Part shown: positions 25,916 through 37,928 of the stretch, one piece after another
Layout of the letters: each line of letters starts with the position of its first letter
How positions within the stretch are numbered: the first letter of the stretch is position 1
From: Haliotis rubra
Lineage: Eukaryota
Assembly (NCBI RefSeq): GCF_003918875.1
Contig: NW_025764904.1
Coordinates: 2,170,001-2,234,000 of the forward strand
Direction: 5' to 3'
DNA: 64,000 bases
Made by a program: the position numbers and the translations under genes
Notes under the pieces: generated by a model
Told to the model about the DNA's origin: nothing
Database searches by the model: none
What the model saw: the letters and a program-made list of their open reading frames with translations, nothing else

Positions 25916-27924
25916 TAAAGACATATTGCTAGTAGTATGCAAAGAAATCTCCGAGAGTTTTGGACCTTTGTGAACATGATCAATTCTACTGAGAACAAAA
26001 CGTGTTGCTGTGATCCTTCTAACGACTTTGGTACAACCAAACGATAATGCCTCAAAAAGGTCTTAGTGTGGAGATGTTCCTTAAACAGAGAGCACTGTTC
26101 CAACTGCCGCATCCGTCACACACACATGCACAGGCTAGTAAATTGCAAGGGTCACTATGAACCGATTTGTCGTATCTGATCTTCTGATGTTCCTTCTAAT
26201 ATTTTCAAAGGCATCCTGAAATCTGTTTTTCGTTTCGTCTGCAAATGTGTGGACATCCACATTCTCATCAGGTTTTGGTTACAAGAGATGTGGCAGGTTG
26301 ATTTCCATGACAACATTCAAACGCGTGTGCTTTGCACATTTGTAACTAAGCATACACTCTACGCTATGTAAAACGAAACTGCTCTTACAAGAGGGCACCA
26401 AAGACGTGTAAAGCTTTTATTGCACCTGAGCACCACCCGCTGTACCAAATTACAGCTGTCAAGATCATAGAAAGCTTTCAAAGCGTTTTATAGTAGACAT
26501 CTTCCTTAAACAGATAGCCCTGATTCAGCTCCATCCGAACACATGCAATGGTAAGTAAATTGTTCACTTGTAAATACCCGAAATTATATTAATAATACCA
26601 GGTCAAATTAGGGAATTGTATCGGAATTGTCAAGGAAGCGTCGAATTGGGAATTGGTCTTAATAACTTAAAGAAGCTTAAAGAAAACTTAAAGGTCATAG
26701 ACGTATAGGCTACCTGACCTACATGATTTAATATTTTTTTTCTCACATTTTGACAATAGCCCTAAAGTGTTGTATCGTATTCAAGCAAGACTACAAACAT
26801 GCACATGTCATATAAACGTGTACCACAAATTGCCTGTCTAAGAAGTGCAATTTACAGTATTTTACACCAAACNNNNNNNNNNNNNNNNNNNNNNNNNNNN
26901 NNNNNNNNNNNNNNNNNNNNNNNNNNNNNNNNNNNNNNNNNNNNNNNNNNNNNNNNNNNNNNNNNNNNNNNNNNNNNNNNNNNNNNNNNNNNNNNNNNNN
27001 NNNNNNNNNNNNNNNNNNNNNNNNNNNNCAGCTAGCCCCGCCTCCGTTGATTTATAAGTCAAGAGCACAATAGTTCAACAGCACGCTATGAATCTTGAGA
27101 TAACAATACGACATAATGTCTGAAAATGCTTTAATTAAGTTTTTCTTTCAGCGTTCCGTTCATTTTAATCTACTGCCACAAAGACATTGTGATATTAAGT
27201 CTTTTCTCGTTGTACAGACTTGTATCCTTAAATCGAGTCCGCTGGTTCGAATCCTACATTTTCCCTGATTCTGAAACGTGGTTTGCGAACATGACATCCG
27301 ACAAGGACTTTGGGCTACTGACAACGGGTCAACCGCTCACTTAACCACTCACTCAACGAATCACTCACCCACCCTGTCACACAACTAATCACTCACTCAA
27401 CCAAACACTCTATCAACCATTCAACCATTCACGCAACCACTCATTCAACCATTCCTCAACCACTCACAAATTCAACCACTAAATCACTCCCCCATTTAAC
27501 CACTAACTCAACCACTCACTCAACATACCCTAAATGTCGAGCATGCATGAACGCAATGTAAACCCAATTTCCGCACACCAGCTCTTAAATAGTCGCTACC
27601 AGTTCAGCCACTGCCTCTCCAAAGTGATAGCCGATCGCGTGTACGGTTCGTAAGCTTGAAATCAGACACTGTTGTATACACGTGACTCACACACTTACTT
27701 TATAAAGCAACAAATGGCCTAGCTTCGACCTCGACCCACTGTTAGAAATAATTCAAAGCAGCGTTAATCCCATCTCACTCGCTACAATATTCCTTTGACG
27801 ACAAGACTACCATAGATGGTAGAACAAACACACCGAAATTGTAATCACTTTACTTGATGTGTCTAATTGATGATGTATCGATTTGCAGCCTCGGCCGGGA
27901 ACCTGTATCAATAACTTGATTGCA

Positions 27925-29301
27925 TACTGACGAAAAATTTAACTGTGTATGACATAAAAGTGCATAAAATACAAGTTTCTTGAATATAATTTTTATTTAT
28001 AAAAATAACCCAACATAAATGTGCAGCAAAGCACTTTGCTTAAAATTTGATGCCACGTGGACTTTGTGCACAGTGAACTTACCCACTTTCTGTAGGCTTT
28101 TTGACACCTGAAGTTCACACACCTGATATTGAAAAATTAACAACGGGTGATTATTCTCGAAGCTCCGAATGTTGTGGAAAAAGCGTTAATTTCAACCTAA
28201 ACTGCGCGTACTTCATGCCACGGCTTACAGAAATGCAGCGTCTCCGGCCTTGGGTATGCCGGAGACTGGAAAGACCCAAAATGAAAAAATGAAGTGGCCA
28301 AACATGTTGGTGTCCATCGAAACACGATCTCATCTCTATGGAGACGTGTTCAACATAATGGGAACACGAGAGATTTGCCTCGGACCGGCCGTCCACACTG
28401 CCACTTTGACTGATCGGACCATTCCTGGCTTACGTCCAATCAGTTCCAGGACTGGACGGAACCGACTGAGGGAGCACAACATCCAGCCCCGACGGCCTGC
28501 AATACGTCAAAATTTGCTCCAATGTCATGCACGTCTTGCCTGGTGCAGACAGCATCTACGGTACAGGAGACGAGAATGGGATGGTGTTTTGTTCACTGAG
28601 AGGTCGAGATTGACAGGGCAAGGGTGTACAGACGGCAAGGTAACCGCTATGCTGACGCGTGCATTGTTCAACGCCGACAGTTTGGCTGAGAAAACGTTAT
28701 GGTATGGGGTGCCATCACATCTCATGATCGGACACTATCTAACAGGTCTGCGATACAGGGATGAGATCACTGGGTCCCATGTCCAGCCGTTCATTCAAGG
28801 TCAGAGACTTGACACTTCAGCAAGATAATGCCCGTCCACATGCATGTCGCTTATGTTGTGACAGATTTCCTGAGACAGCAGAACATTCCAGTACACCTCT
28901 TGCCAGCGGTTTCCTAGGACCTGTCCCCTATCGAATACACTTGGGATGAAATGGAGCGACGTTTACGTCAAACCCAGAATCAGCAATTGACGTTAGCTGA
29001 ATTGGGACAAGCATTGTTTCACACATGGAGCAACATTCCCCAAGCTTTCTTCAATCGCTACGCGACGTCTATTCGTCGTCGTTGTCAAGTTTGCATCAAC
29101 GCCAAAGTGGACACAAACGATACTGAATTTGTGAACTGACATTTCACACCGCATCTTTTCAAGAACATGTGTCACGATGCCGAGTGTCAAATCCTACAGG
29201 TTCAGTTCGATATTATCCTGTCGACAATTAAACATTGATTAAGGAAAATACGACAAATCATGTTATAATCAAATAATGTACAGTTACTTATTTCAGTAGT
29301 A
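27925..29301 (+). mobile_element. Degenerate Tc1/mariner transposon
   Basis: MPRLTEMQR start (28216); frameshifted relics RLAWCRQH...WDGVLFTE, LQQDNARPH, DLSPIEYTWDEMERRLR, SIRRRCQVCINAK; imperfect TIRs TACTGACGAAAAATTTAACTGT / ACAGTTACTTATTTCAGTAGTA. Confidence 0.85.
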
Positions 29302-29454
29302 TGCATATGGATAAACCCTACGTATACTCTCGACACATATAATAAAACGAATGATTTAAGAAAACGCTCGTTTGTCTCCATTTACGATACTCCGGTTCTA
29401 CTTCTAATCACAATTAAAATTCACATCATGGATAAACAGCGCGTGTGTCCAAAT

Positions 29455-29613
29455 TAGTGAGTTTGGTTTTACACCGAGTTTAACAATATTCCAGCAATAT
29501 CGCGGCAGGGAACACAGAAATGGGCTTCACACATTAGATTCATGTGGGGAATCGAACCCGGGTCTTTAGCGTGACGAGCAAACTCTTCAACCACTAGGCG
29601 ACCCAACCACCCC
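29455..29613 (-). mobile_element. tRNA-Asp-derived SINE (family A)
   Basis: Reverse-complement match to the family A consensus. Confidence 0.8.
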
Positions 29614-30459
29614 ACGTGTGTGGGCCTCACAGACACTTACAATCAATAATGCAGTTGAAGTAAGAAGACCATTTGAATGAGACATTCTCTTAAAGACAAA
29701 ATGGCGAATTTAAGACAGACTGCTGAATTTTCACACCTACTGGAGCAGTACCGTCAAACGGATGGTGTTTGATTGAGACCGGGTCCTAAAAATGGCACCA
29801 ACACTCGTCTTGTTACATTAATTGGACCAGTCTGGTCCTGTTTTGGGTATTGTGAATTGGCATTTAACTGGCCTGTGATAACTTCATGAAATTGTGGGTC
29901 CAGTCGTTGTTCCATTCGCTAAAATTATTTTCGGGAATTCTGATGATGACAATGCCAGACCATCACCGTTTATCCCACCCGTGAAGATCCGTGTTAGAAT
30001 AGGTCTTCAGCAACCCATGCTTGTCGCAATATTAACACGGCAAAACTAGACAAAGTTTTACCAATATTTATGACAGTATATATTATTGAAAACTGGACAT
30101 GTACAGATTAACTGACCTCTGTTCCCAATCTTCAAGCTGCCAAGGGTCACATTGATAACGAACATCCGAAACCAGTATCTGGTCCGGGTCTGCAGATAGC
30201 AATAAACTAATCAAATTCACTGTGAACTTCACCCATCAACACCGATGTCTTCAATACGTTTATGAAAATTATCATATAATCCGGTCAAGATAGAGTAGCT
30301 TAAGTGCGCAGTTGGCACCGTATCGTCAGTCGAGTTAGGCAATAGGATTTAGATATAGCAACTGAAGTTCACAACAACAACTTTATCGTCAGTGTATCAG
30401 TAAATGGGATTATCTATGATAACTGGAATAGGTATAAAACAGGGACAACACACAGTCAC

Positions 30460-31069
30460 AAATCGTTCAGTGACTGCTGTGTAATAAACTCCTTGTTTAT
30501 TTACTCAGGTAAGAAACTTTACTTTCTTCTACTTTGACATATATACCATTGTTATTCTAGGTTAACTTTAATCTATTGTAAATACCTTAACTATAAGTTA
30601 CAACCCTGGCAGTACCTTCAGGTTTATGTGGAACGAGGCATCCCTTAGTATGTGTCTCATATCTTCTGTATTGCAGTTTAGGATTGTGTATTTCATACTG
30701 ATTGACACTACACTGTTTTGTGACTATTATAGAATGTATAGAGTGTGTCGGATATTTTAACTATTGTATTACGTTGTGCATGAATACTATATGCTGTTTG
30801 GGACCGTTACAGAATGTAGATTGTATGAAACCCCACTGGGGTGATGTGTAGAGTTCTGAACTATTGTTGTGTACATTGGAATATGTATCGCGATTAATGT
30901 AGTATGTGTCGTGTATAACGAATCTACATGTGATGTTTATGTACTTTGATATCTGATTGCATTCTGATCATGTTCTAATAATTAATTGTAAACTATGCTA
31001 TTATTGACTGATTATGTAAAATCGTTCAGTGACTGCTGTGTAATAAACTCCTTGTTTATTTACTCAGGT
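30460..31069. repeat. Pair of perfect 51-bp direct repeats (30460-30510, 31019-31069) ~510 bp apart
   Basis: AAATCGTTCAGTGACTGCTGTGTAATAAACTCCTTGTTTATTTACTCAGGT occurs twice. Confidence 0.9.
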
Positions 31070-31893
31070 GTTGTGTTGTGTGTGGGTTGGTATGGGCAGA
31101 CCTCTTGCCAAGCGAGCTGATTCCCCAAAACTCGCGTTTTAAACTCGCGTTTTAATAGCCATGTAGCTGGAATATTGCAAACACCGATCTCCGATGAGGC
31201 TTCATACGGACATTTGAGAGCCTGGTTCAGTCCCTTGGCATGTCCCAATAGAGCATCTATGCGATGTTCTCGGGTGTATGCCAGAGACCTAGAGACCACC
31301 AGGGGTAGTTGGCTGAGTAAACGAGGGGATACCACAGGCACATTAATTGACAGTATACCATGAAAATTAGGCGTATGTATTGCTCACCATCGTGACACAC
31401 CAAATATTGATCTCCACGCCAGAAATGAATTACACAGACATTTATCGTCAATACTCGATCCCTAACATTTCATCAGTTCCTTTATTTCTGTTGGTAACAC
31501 ATTACTGATTAATCCAAAGTATAATTTAGAAGTCTTTCGTGATCATTAACGCCTGTGGTTTGTTTTGTTGATTTCATCAATATGTTTCATTGGTCGTCAT
31601 GACAACATGACATGTCGATTGCATTTTGATGGACAGCGATCACTTAGTTATATATGACAAGCAATATCAACGAAGCGCATTTACAAATACCAATAACTCC
31701 CGATCCGATTATCTAACCGTATCACTACCAATTCTACCAAACAGTCGATCAACGAAATGTGATTACTCTAAAAGCCTCCAAATAAACGCCGACATGACGA
31801 CTATTTGCATAACAAGTCTCTACATTTACACTAGGGGAAGGCATTGTCTAACATATCAGACTGGACACAATCTCCGTGATCTGTAGTTTGTCC

Positions 31894-32451
31894 ATGCGAC
31901 TTCATGGCATAGTTGGAGCTTTACATCCCACTCTGCGTTTAGCAGAGATTTCGTATGGACGTAGAAAGGGTTCTGCAGTTTCTATTCCAATGATGAATGT
32001 CATAACCATCAATGTTGGAGGAACGTTGTTCCAAACATCGTTGGCAACTCTAAACCAGGTCCCAGACACGTTACTGTCTAATGAAAGTCTCCTCTCTCAG
32101 AACTTCCAGCCCGATAAGCAAATCTACTTCTTCGACAGAGATCCCCAGATGTTTCATTACATCCTCAACTACTACAGAACGGGAGAGCTTCATCTTCCTC
32201 CAGGAGCTTGCAGCTCGTCCATCAAGAAGGAGCTTCATTTCTGGTGCATCCCTGAGACACATGTGTCCGAGTGCTGCTGGAAGGTGCTTTACAAGGTCCA
32301 GAACGACATGGCGGTCCTCGCCAAGCTTAATCAAGTGTTTCATGATGAAGTGTCTGACTTCTGTATGTCCAAGAAAATGGCGGGTCAGTCAAGAGTCCGA
32401 CATGCTGTCTGGATGTTCCTGGAGTATCCGGGATCATCTTTGCCAGCCAAA
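31894..32451 (+). CDS. Kv channel gene 2, exon 1 (T1/BTB domain); start is ATG 31894 or ATG 31990
   Basis: ITINVGGTLF, YFFDRDP, ILNYYRTGELH, HX5CX20CC (HLPPGAC...VSECC); donor GCCAAA|gtaaga at 32451/32452, phase 0. Confidence 0.9.
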
Positions 32452-32551
32452 GTAAGAAATTATGTTTGTTTCATATTAAATGTAACATATGTTATATTTT
32501 GCATTACATTTTCTCAGTAAAGTACAGATTCTAGCAATTTTGTTGGTTTGA

Positions 32552-32644
32552 GGCCCATCCTGGATTCGAAGCCACACCCTCAGAGTCAGGCACCTAATTG
32601 CCAGCACACATAGTAAGCGCCTAACCCGCTCAGCCACCGCGGCT
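32552..32644 (-). mobile_element. tRNA-like (long variable arm, Ser/Leu-type) SINE head or tRNA pseudogene in the gene 2 intron
   Basis: A box TGGCTGAGCGG and B box GCTTCGAATCC on the minus strand; no clean cloverleaf. Confidence 0.55.
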
Positions 32645-32837
32645 CTTGCTGAGGAAGTGTAATCCCAAATTATAAAAGTAGGTCCAACTTTAGCCCCAGG
32701 TGAAAATTGACAAAAACAGAAACTTCCATTGCTTACAGAAGTCCAGAAAAAAACAGAACTGTTTAGCAATTTAATTTCGTAAAACAAATGTTAAAGACTA
32801 TGACATAATTCAAACCGTGGGTCATGCTCTGTTTCAG

Positions 32838-33734
32838 CTGTGGGAAAAGTTCTTCTTCACGCTGATATGCACCTCGACCCTGGTGTTCATGTTTGAAACC
32901 GTGAAAAGCTTCAGAGAAGTAGATCCCGACATAAAGACCAAATGCAACATCACTAAGATTTTAAACGGAACAGTACTTTTTCGGGGATGGAAAAATGAGC
33001 TGGCTTTTTTCACCACTAGACCGTTCCTTTTTTTGTCTCACATCGATCTAGTTTTGGCGGTGATATTTACAATCGAATTTGCAGTCCGATTCATCACATG
33101 TCCGCGAAAGTGCAACTTTCTTAGGAGTTTACTCAATATGATTGACCTCCTGTTTTTGTTATGCAAATGGCCCTCTTATTACATGGAAGGATATGCGTGT
33201 GTGCTAAACAGCACCAATATGTTGATGTATATCGTTCTGAAGGGACTAACCTTTTCGAGAATATTCCGACTATTCCGTATCGGAAGGTCATGTCAAGGGT
33301 TCAAGGTCATGTTAGTGGCGCTCAAGTCCAGCTCGGGTGAACTCTGTCTTATGGTTGGGAGTTTCATCTGTGTGACTCTTATGTTCGCTGTTTTGGCGTT
33401 TCTTAGTGAACTGCGTGAGGCTACCTTCTCAAATGTTCTGTCGGCGTGGTGGTGGGCGGTGGTTACGATGACGACGGTAGGCTATGGCGATATCTACCCG
33501 GTCAGTGCTACTGGTCAAGTGATAGCGTCGATGTGTGCTGTGACAGGGATGGTTATTCTCACCCTACCTATTGCTATTATTGGTACAAATTTCGCGGAGT
33601 ACTATAGTGTCAACCGAGAAAGGGAGTTATATGGAGGAAAGCAAACTAAGTGTGAAATGATGATGGCAAATGAGAAGAAAGGAGCTCTTTTAACAAGGAA
33701 TAAAATACATCACACTAAAGTGACCAAGTTTTGA
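32838..33734 (+). CDS. Kv channel gene 2, exon 2 (S1-S6); spliced product ~452-484 aa, Shaw/Kv3-like
   Basis: Acceptor ctgtttcag|CTGTGG; FTIEF, NMIDL, S4 LKGLTFSRIFRLFRIGR, WWWAVVTMTTVGYGD, S6 GMVILTLPIAII. The 386-bp intron is at the same position as in gene 1. Confidence 0.93.
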   Translation: MWEKFFFTLICTSTLVFMFETVKSFREVDPDIKTKCNITKILNGTVLFRGWKNELAFFTTRPFLFLSHIDLVLAVIFTIEFAVRFITCPRKCNFLRSLLNMIDLLFLLCKWPSYYMEGYACVLNSTNMLMYIVLKGLTFSRIFRLFRIGRSCQGFKVMLVALKSSSGELCLMVGSFICVTLMFAVLAFLSELREATFSNVLSAWWWAVVTMTTVGYGDIYPVSATGQVIASMCAVTGMVILTLPIAIIGTNFAEYYSVNRERELYGGKQTKCEMMMANEKKGALLTRNKIHHTKVTKF

Positions 33735-34484
33735 AGAAACAAATCAGTGTCAAGGAACATTTTCTCGTAATGGTGTTGTTCAGGATATACACCCAAAGCT
33801 AACTGTTGGACGTTTGGAGGTTTGAATTCGGGTTGCCAGGTCGGTGGATAGCCTAGTTGTTGAAGTGTTCGCTCGTCTCACAACGGCCCGGTTCGAGTTT
33901 GACATGGGTACAAACAATATCCACTCACTCATTCAAGGAGTTGGGCGGTGGGGTAGCCTAGTGGTTAAAACATTTGTTCGTCACGCCATAGACCCGAGTT
34001 CGATTCCCCAAATGCGTACAATATGTGAAGTCAATTTCTGGTGATATTGCTGGAATATTGCTAAAAGCGACGTAAAACTAAACTCACTCACACATTTAAA
34101 TAGATTCAGATTCCAGAGACCATTAATGTGAGATGTCAGATACATATAAACACACTGTCTGGTTGATGATTTGAAGATCAGGAGCGAGAGGAACTCTTTG
34201 CTGGGTTAGTAGAAATGGAGGTTCTGTGTACATATCATGAGAGAATTACATAAACTTCCCCAGATAATCGAGGATGAATTATTACCGGTACGAAGACTGG
34301 AAAGTGTATCATACAGTGATAGCATTGAGCGTGTAATCATTGGTGCTTGGAATTGTTACAGCAAACATCCAACCGAACTCACTCACAAACTCATTTTTCA
34401 CACACTCATCTCACTCACTCCACACACACACACACACAGACACTAACAGATGTGCATGCATGTCGCTATAGAAATGCAGCTCAT

Positions 34485-35020
34485 TCAACCACTCACTCAA
34501 CCATTCTCATTCGTTCGTTCAACCACTCACCAACCATTCTCATTCGTTCGTTCAACCACTCACTCAACCATTTCTCATTCGTTCGTTCAACCACTCAACC
34601 ACTCTCATTCGTTCGTTCCATTCAACCACTCATTCGTTCGTTCAACCACTCACCAACCACTCTCATTCGTTCGTTCAACCACTCACCCAACCACTCTCAT
34701 TCGTTCGTTCAACCACTCACCCAACCACTCTCATTCGTTCATTCAACCACTCACTCAACCACTCTCATTCGTTCGTTCAACCACTCACTCAACCACATTC
34801 GTTCATTCAACCACTCTCAACCGCCTTCGTTCATTCAACCACTCACTCACCAATCGTTCATTCAACCACTAACTCAACCACTCTTTGTTGCTCACTCAAC
34901 GTTCATTCACTCACTCTCAAACACTCTCATTCGTTATTCAACCACTCACTCAACCACTCTCATTCGTTTATCCAACCACTCACTCAACCACTCACACATC
35001 CAACCTCTCACTCAACACAC
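34485..35020. repeat. Compound (CAACCACT/CACT/TCGT)n microsatellite-minisatellite
   Basis: ~30-bp higher-order unit CAACCACTCTCATTCGTTCGTTCAACCACTCAC; related tracts at 27340-27525 and 50280-50730. Confidence 0.9.
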
Positions 35021-36233
35021 ACCAAATGTTCTGCTCATCAACGCTCAGATATTCACTAACAGTTCACCCATTGATACTCCAGTATGATAGCTTATCACAA
35101 TTAGCACAGACTGTGTGGAGTCCGTGTTTCATGAGCGTGAAACCAGACACTATGCCTGGCACTATTCTATACATGTGACAACACGATCACGCACTAATGT
35201 GCCACGCTGACAGTGTGGATGTGTAATTGTACACCATTGTTAACAGTTAATGTACCTCAGCTATCACGTTGTCATTGGTACAGGCAATAAAACCAACCGC
35301 GAAATGGTTTTATATGCAGGAATGACAAGTGGAAGCCGAGTTCATGAGAACAGAAGAGAAGATGCAGCAAACCAAAGTCACCAGATTTGTAAGAAACCTA
35401 TCGAGGTCAAGAACATGTAAATTTGCTTTTGTCACTAACTTTGCACCATACTTTTCAGCACTGTCTCTGATGGCGTAAACAGCCCACCTTACTTGTGGTC
35501 TGGTACATCCTGGGCTTTGGCACATGCAGTCCCTGCAAATGATGTTGAGGGAGGTCACATGAGAGTCCTCTGTATAAACAACATGTGCAGAGGCCCAGGA
35601 AGCACCATGTCGGACAACTACATGATGTTGTTATAATCCACAGGTTTCTTTTGGGAAAGAAATACATCAGCCACAGCATGGACTATGTAGTTCCTGTCAC
35701 AGATAATTGTCCAGTGACTTTGCTTCTTTGGCCTCCGACTGTTTCTGGGAATAATCGAGACTGGTTATATTCTGGCGATGACTTTTACTTAGTCTGTCAA
35801 GCAGACCCTGAAACAAATATACCTGGAGTAGATTACCACAGTTTTTTAAAAATGAAGAATTAAGTCTCTAAGCTCCTTTTTGTTATATTTTAGTAACATA
35901 ATTTCGAAACTGTTTTTCTTATAAAGAAATGTTTTTTTATAGACTAGACATAAGTCTAACTTTTAGTATTTAGAGTGTACAACCCAAGTTGCCTGTTAAT
36001 CGTTAGCCTAGTTGATAAATTGTTCGCTCGCCTCGCCAAGGTTCGTGTTTGATTTTATCAACTTTGTGTATGCTATTTCTGCTAAATTGTGCTGAAAGCG
36101 TTGTGACGTCACACTTACTGATCCTATCGATTAATTATTCTTGCTTGGAAAACAGAGGCTAATTCCAAACAATGCCACTTGACAACACATGTTGTTTTAC
36201 CACCTATATCTGTTAAGTGCTTGTATATGAACA

Positions 36234-36396
36234 GGGGCGATGGGGTAGCCTAGTGGTTAAAGCGTTCGCTCGTCACGCTGAAGACCCGGGTTCGATTCCC
36301 CACATGGGTACAATGTTTGAAGCCCATTTCTGGTGTCCCCCGCCGTGATATTGCTGGAATATTGCTAAAAGGCGTAAAACTAAACTCACTCACTCA
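36234..36396 (+). mobile_element. tRNA-Asp-derived SINE (family A), full-length reference copy
   Basis: A box TAGCCTAGTGG, Asp-like arm CGCTCGTCACGC (GTC), B box GGTTCGATTCC, (ACTC)n tail, 14-bp TSD CTTGTATATGAACA. Further copies at ~5325, 24330(-), 33840, 33942, 36490(-), 37375, 37588, 39992, 48771, 49028(-), 49946, 58010(-), 59514. Confidence 0.93.
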
Positions 36397-36628
36397 CTTG
36401 TATATGAACACATGTCACAAGTTACAAATTATTAACAAGGAGATTTGCACATAGACAGCCATAGCTTTGATAGTTTCGATATGTCTTGCCAATACTGTGG
36501 GTGAGCCTCACAATATTCCACCACACCAATAACCCGACCGGGGACCAAGAAATGGGCTTCACACATTTTACCAATGTTAAGAGTCGAAACCGCGCCTTGA
36601 CGTGACGAGAATACAGCTAATGATAAGA

Positions 36629-36788
36629 GGGCGGTGGGGTAGCCTAGTGTTAAAGCGTTCGCTCGTCACTCCAAAGACCCGGGTTCGATTCCCCGCATAG
36701 ATACATGTGAAGCCCATTTCTGGTTTCCCCCGCCGTGATATTGCTGGAATATTAATAAACGTGGTGTAAAACTAAACTAACACACTCA
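36629..36788 (+). mobile_element. Family A SINE
   Basis: Consensus match; TSD CTAATGATAAGA/CTAGTGATAAGA. Confidence 0.9.
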
Positions 36789-36834
36789 CTAGTGATAAGA
36801 TATAGAAAAGTGAAGACGGTGAAGCATGTGACGA

Positions 36835-37005
36835 GTGAGTGAGTGAGTGAGTATGGTTTTACGCCGCTTTTAGCAATATTCCAGCAATATTACGGCGGGG
36901 GAAACCAGAAATGGGCTTCACATATTGCACCCATGTGGGGGAATCGAACCCGGGTCTTCAGCGTGTCGAGCGGACGCTTTAACCATTAGGCTACCCCACC
37001 GCCCC
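36835..37005 (-). mobile_element. Family A SINE
   Basis: Consensus match; 12-bp TSD AGCATGTGACGA. Confidence 0.92.
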
Positions 37006-37688
37006 AGCATGTGACGAAGTAACCCAGGTAGTGATCATAATAGAATAAACATTTAATGAGACTGTCTAGTCGATAGTCTCTGAGAGTTCCTGGAGAATAA
37101 AGCCCAACCCATAAGTATAATGAATGAACGAGTTGATAGCTTCGGCTCTTGAACGACATTAAGAATTGCTCTGGGCTCGTTTTAGAATATATTCATTTTC
37201 CACTTTTAAGTGTATTTTTAAATATGACAACTTTATTTCTGGAACTAAATGTCAGTGTACATAACGCAGGATGTAGATACTCACGCTTCCGGGAAATCAA
37301 TACATCAAACAAAGGATCTATTGAACGTATTCCCACGCATGTAAATTACACCGAAGCCCCACAAGCCTCGCAATATATAGCCTAGCGGTTAAAGCGTTCT
37401 GTCGTCACGCCTAACACCCGAGTTCGATTTCTCACATGGGTACAGTGTGTGAAGCAATTCTGCAATTCTGCTGTGATATTGCTGGAATATTGCAAAAAGC
37501 GGTGTGAACCTTATTCACTCACTAATGTAGACAGTTTGGCGATCTGGTACATCCAAAGTCAACTCCACGCCTTCGTCATTTAACATCGGCGGCGGCGCGG
37601 GAGTCTAGCAGTTTAAGCGTTCGCTAGTCACGCCGAAAACCCTGTTTCGAATCCCCACATGGGTGCAATGTGTGAAGCCCATTTCTGG

Positions 37689-37928
37689 GTGAGTGAGTGA
37701 ATTTAGTTTTACGCAGCACTCAACAATATCCGAGCTTTATGGCGGCGGTCCATAACTAATCGAGTCTGGACCAGACAATCCATTGATCAAAACAGCATCG
37801 ATCTACGCAATTGAGATACCGTGTCATGTAACAACCAAGTCAGCGAGCCCCACCACCCGATCCCGTTAGTTGTCTCTTACGACAAGCATGGGTCACTGAA
37901 GATCAATTCTAACCCGATCTTCACGGGT
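37689..37928 (-). mobile_element. Family B retroposon abutting a truncated family A copy
   Basis: Reverse-complement consensus ending TTCACGGGT. Confidence 0.82.

Noticed and set aside
34347-35178. Long ORFs (246, 140, 97 aa) with HS/TTH repeats
   Set aside because: They are translations of a stop-free microsatellite, open in all three frames.
35310-35863. Possible additional host exons
   Set aside because: No recognisable domain and no consistent splice or frame pattern.
36234-36310. Functional tRNA-Asp genes
   Set aside because: There is no proper acceptor stem; the sequence continues into a SINE body and tail, has TSDs, and occurs as ~20 diverged copies.
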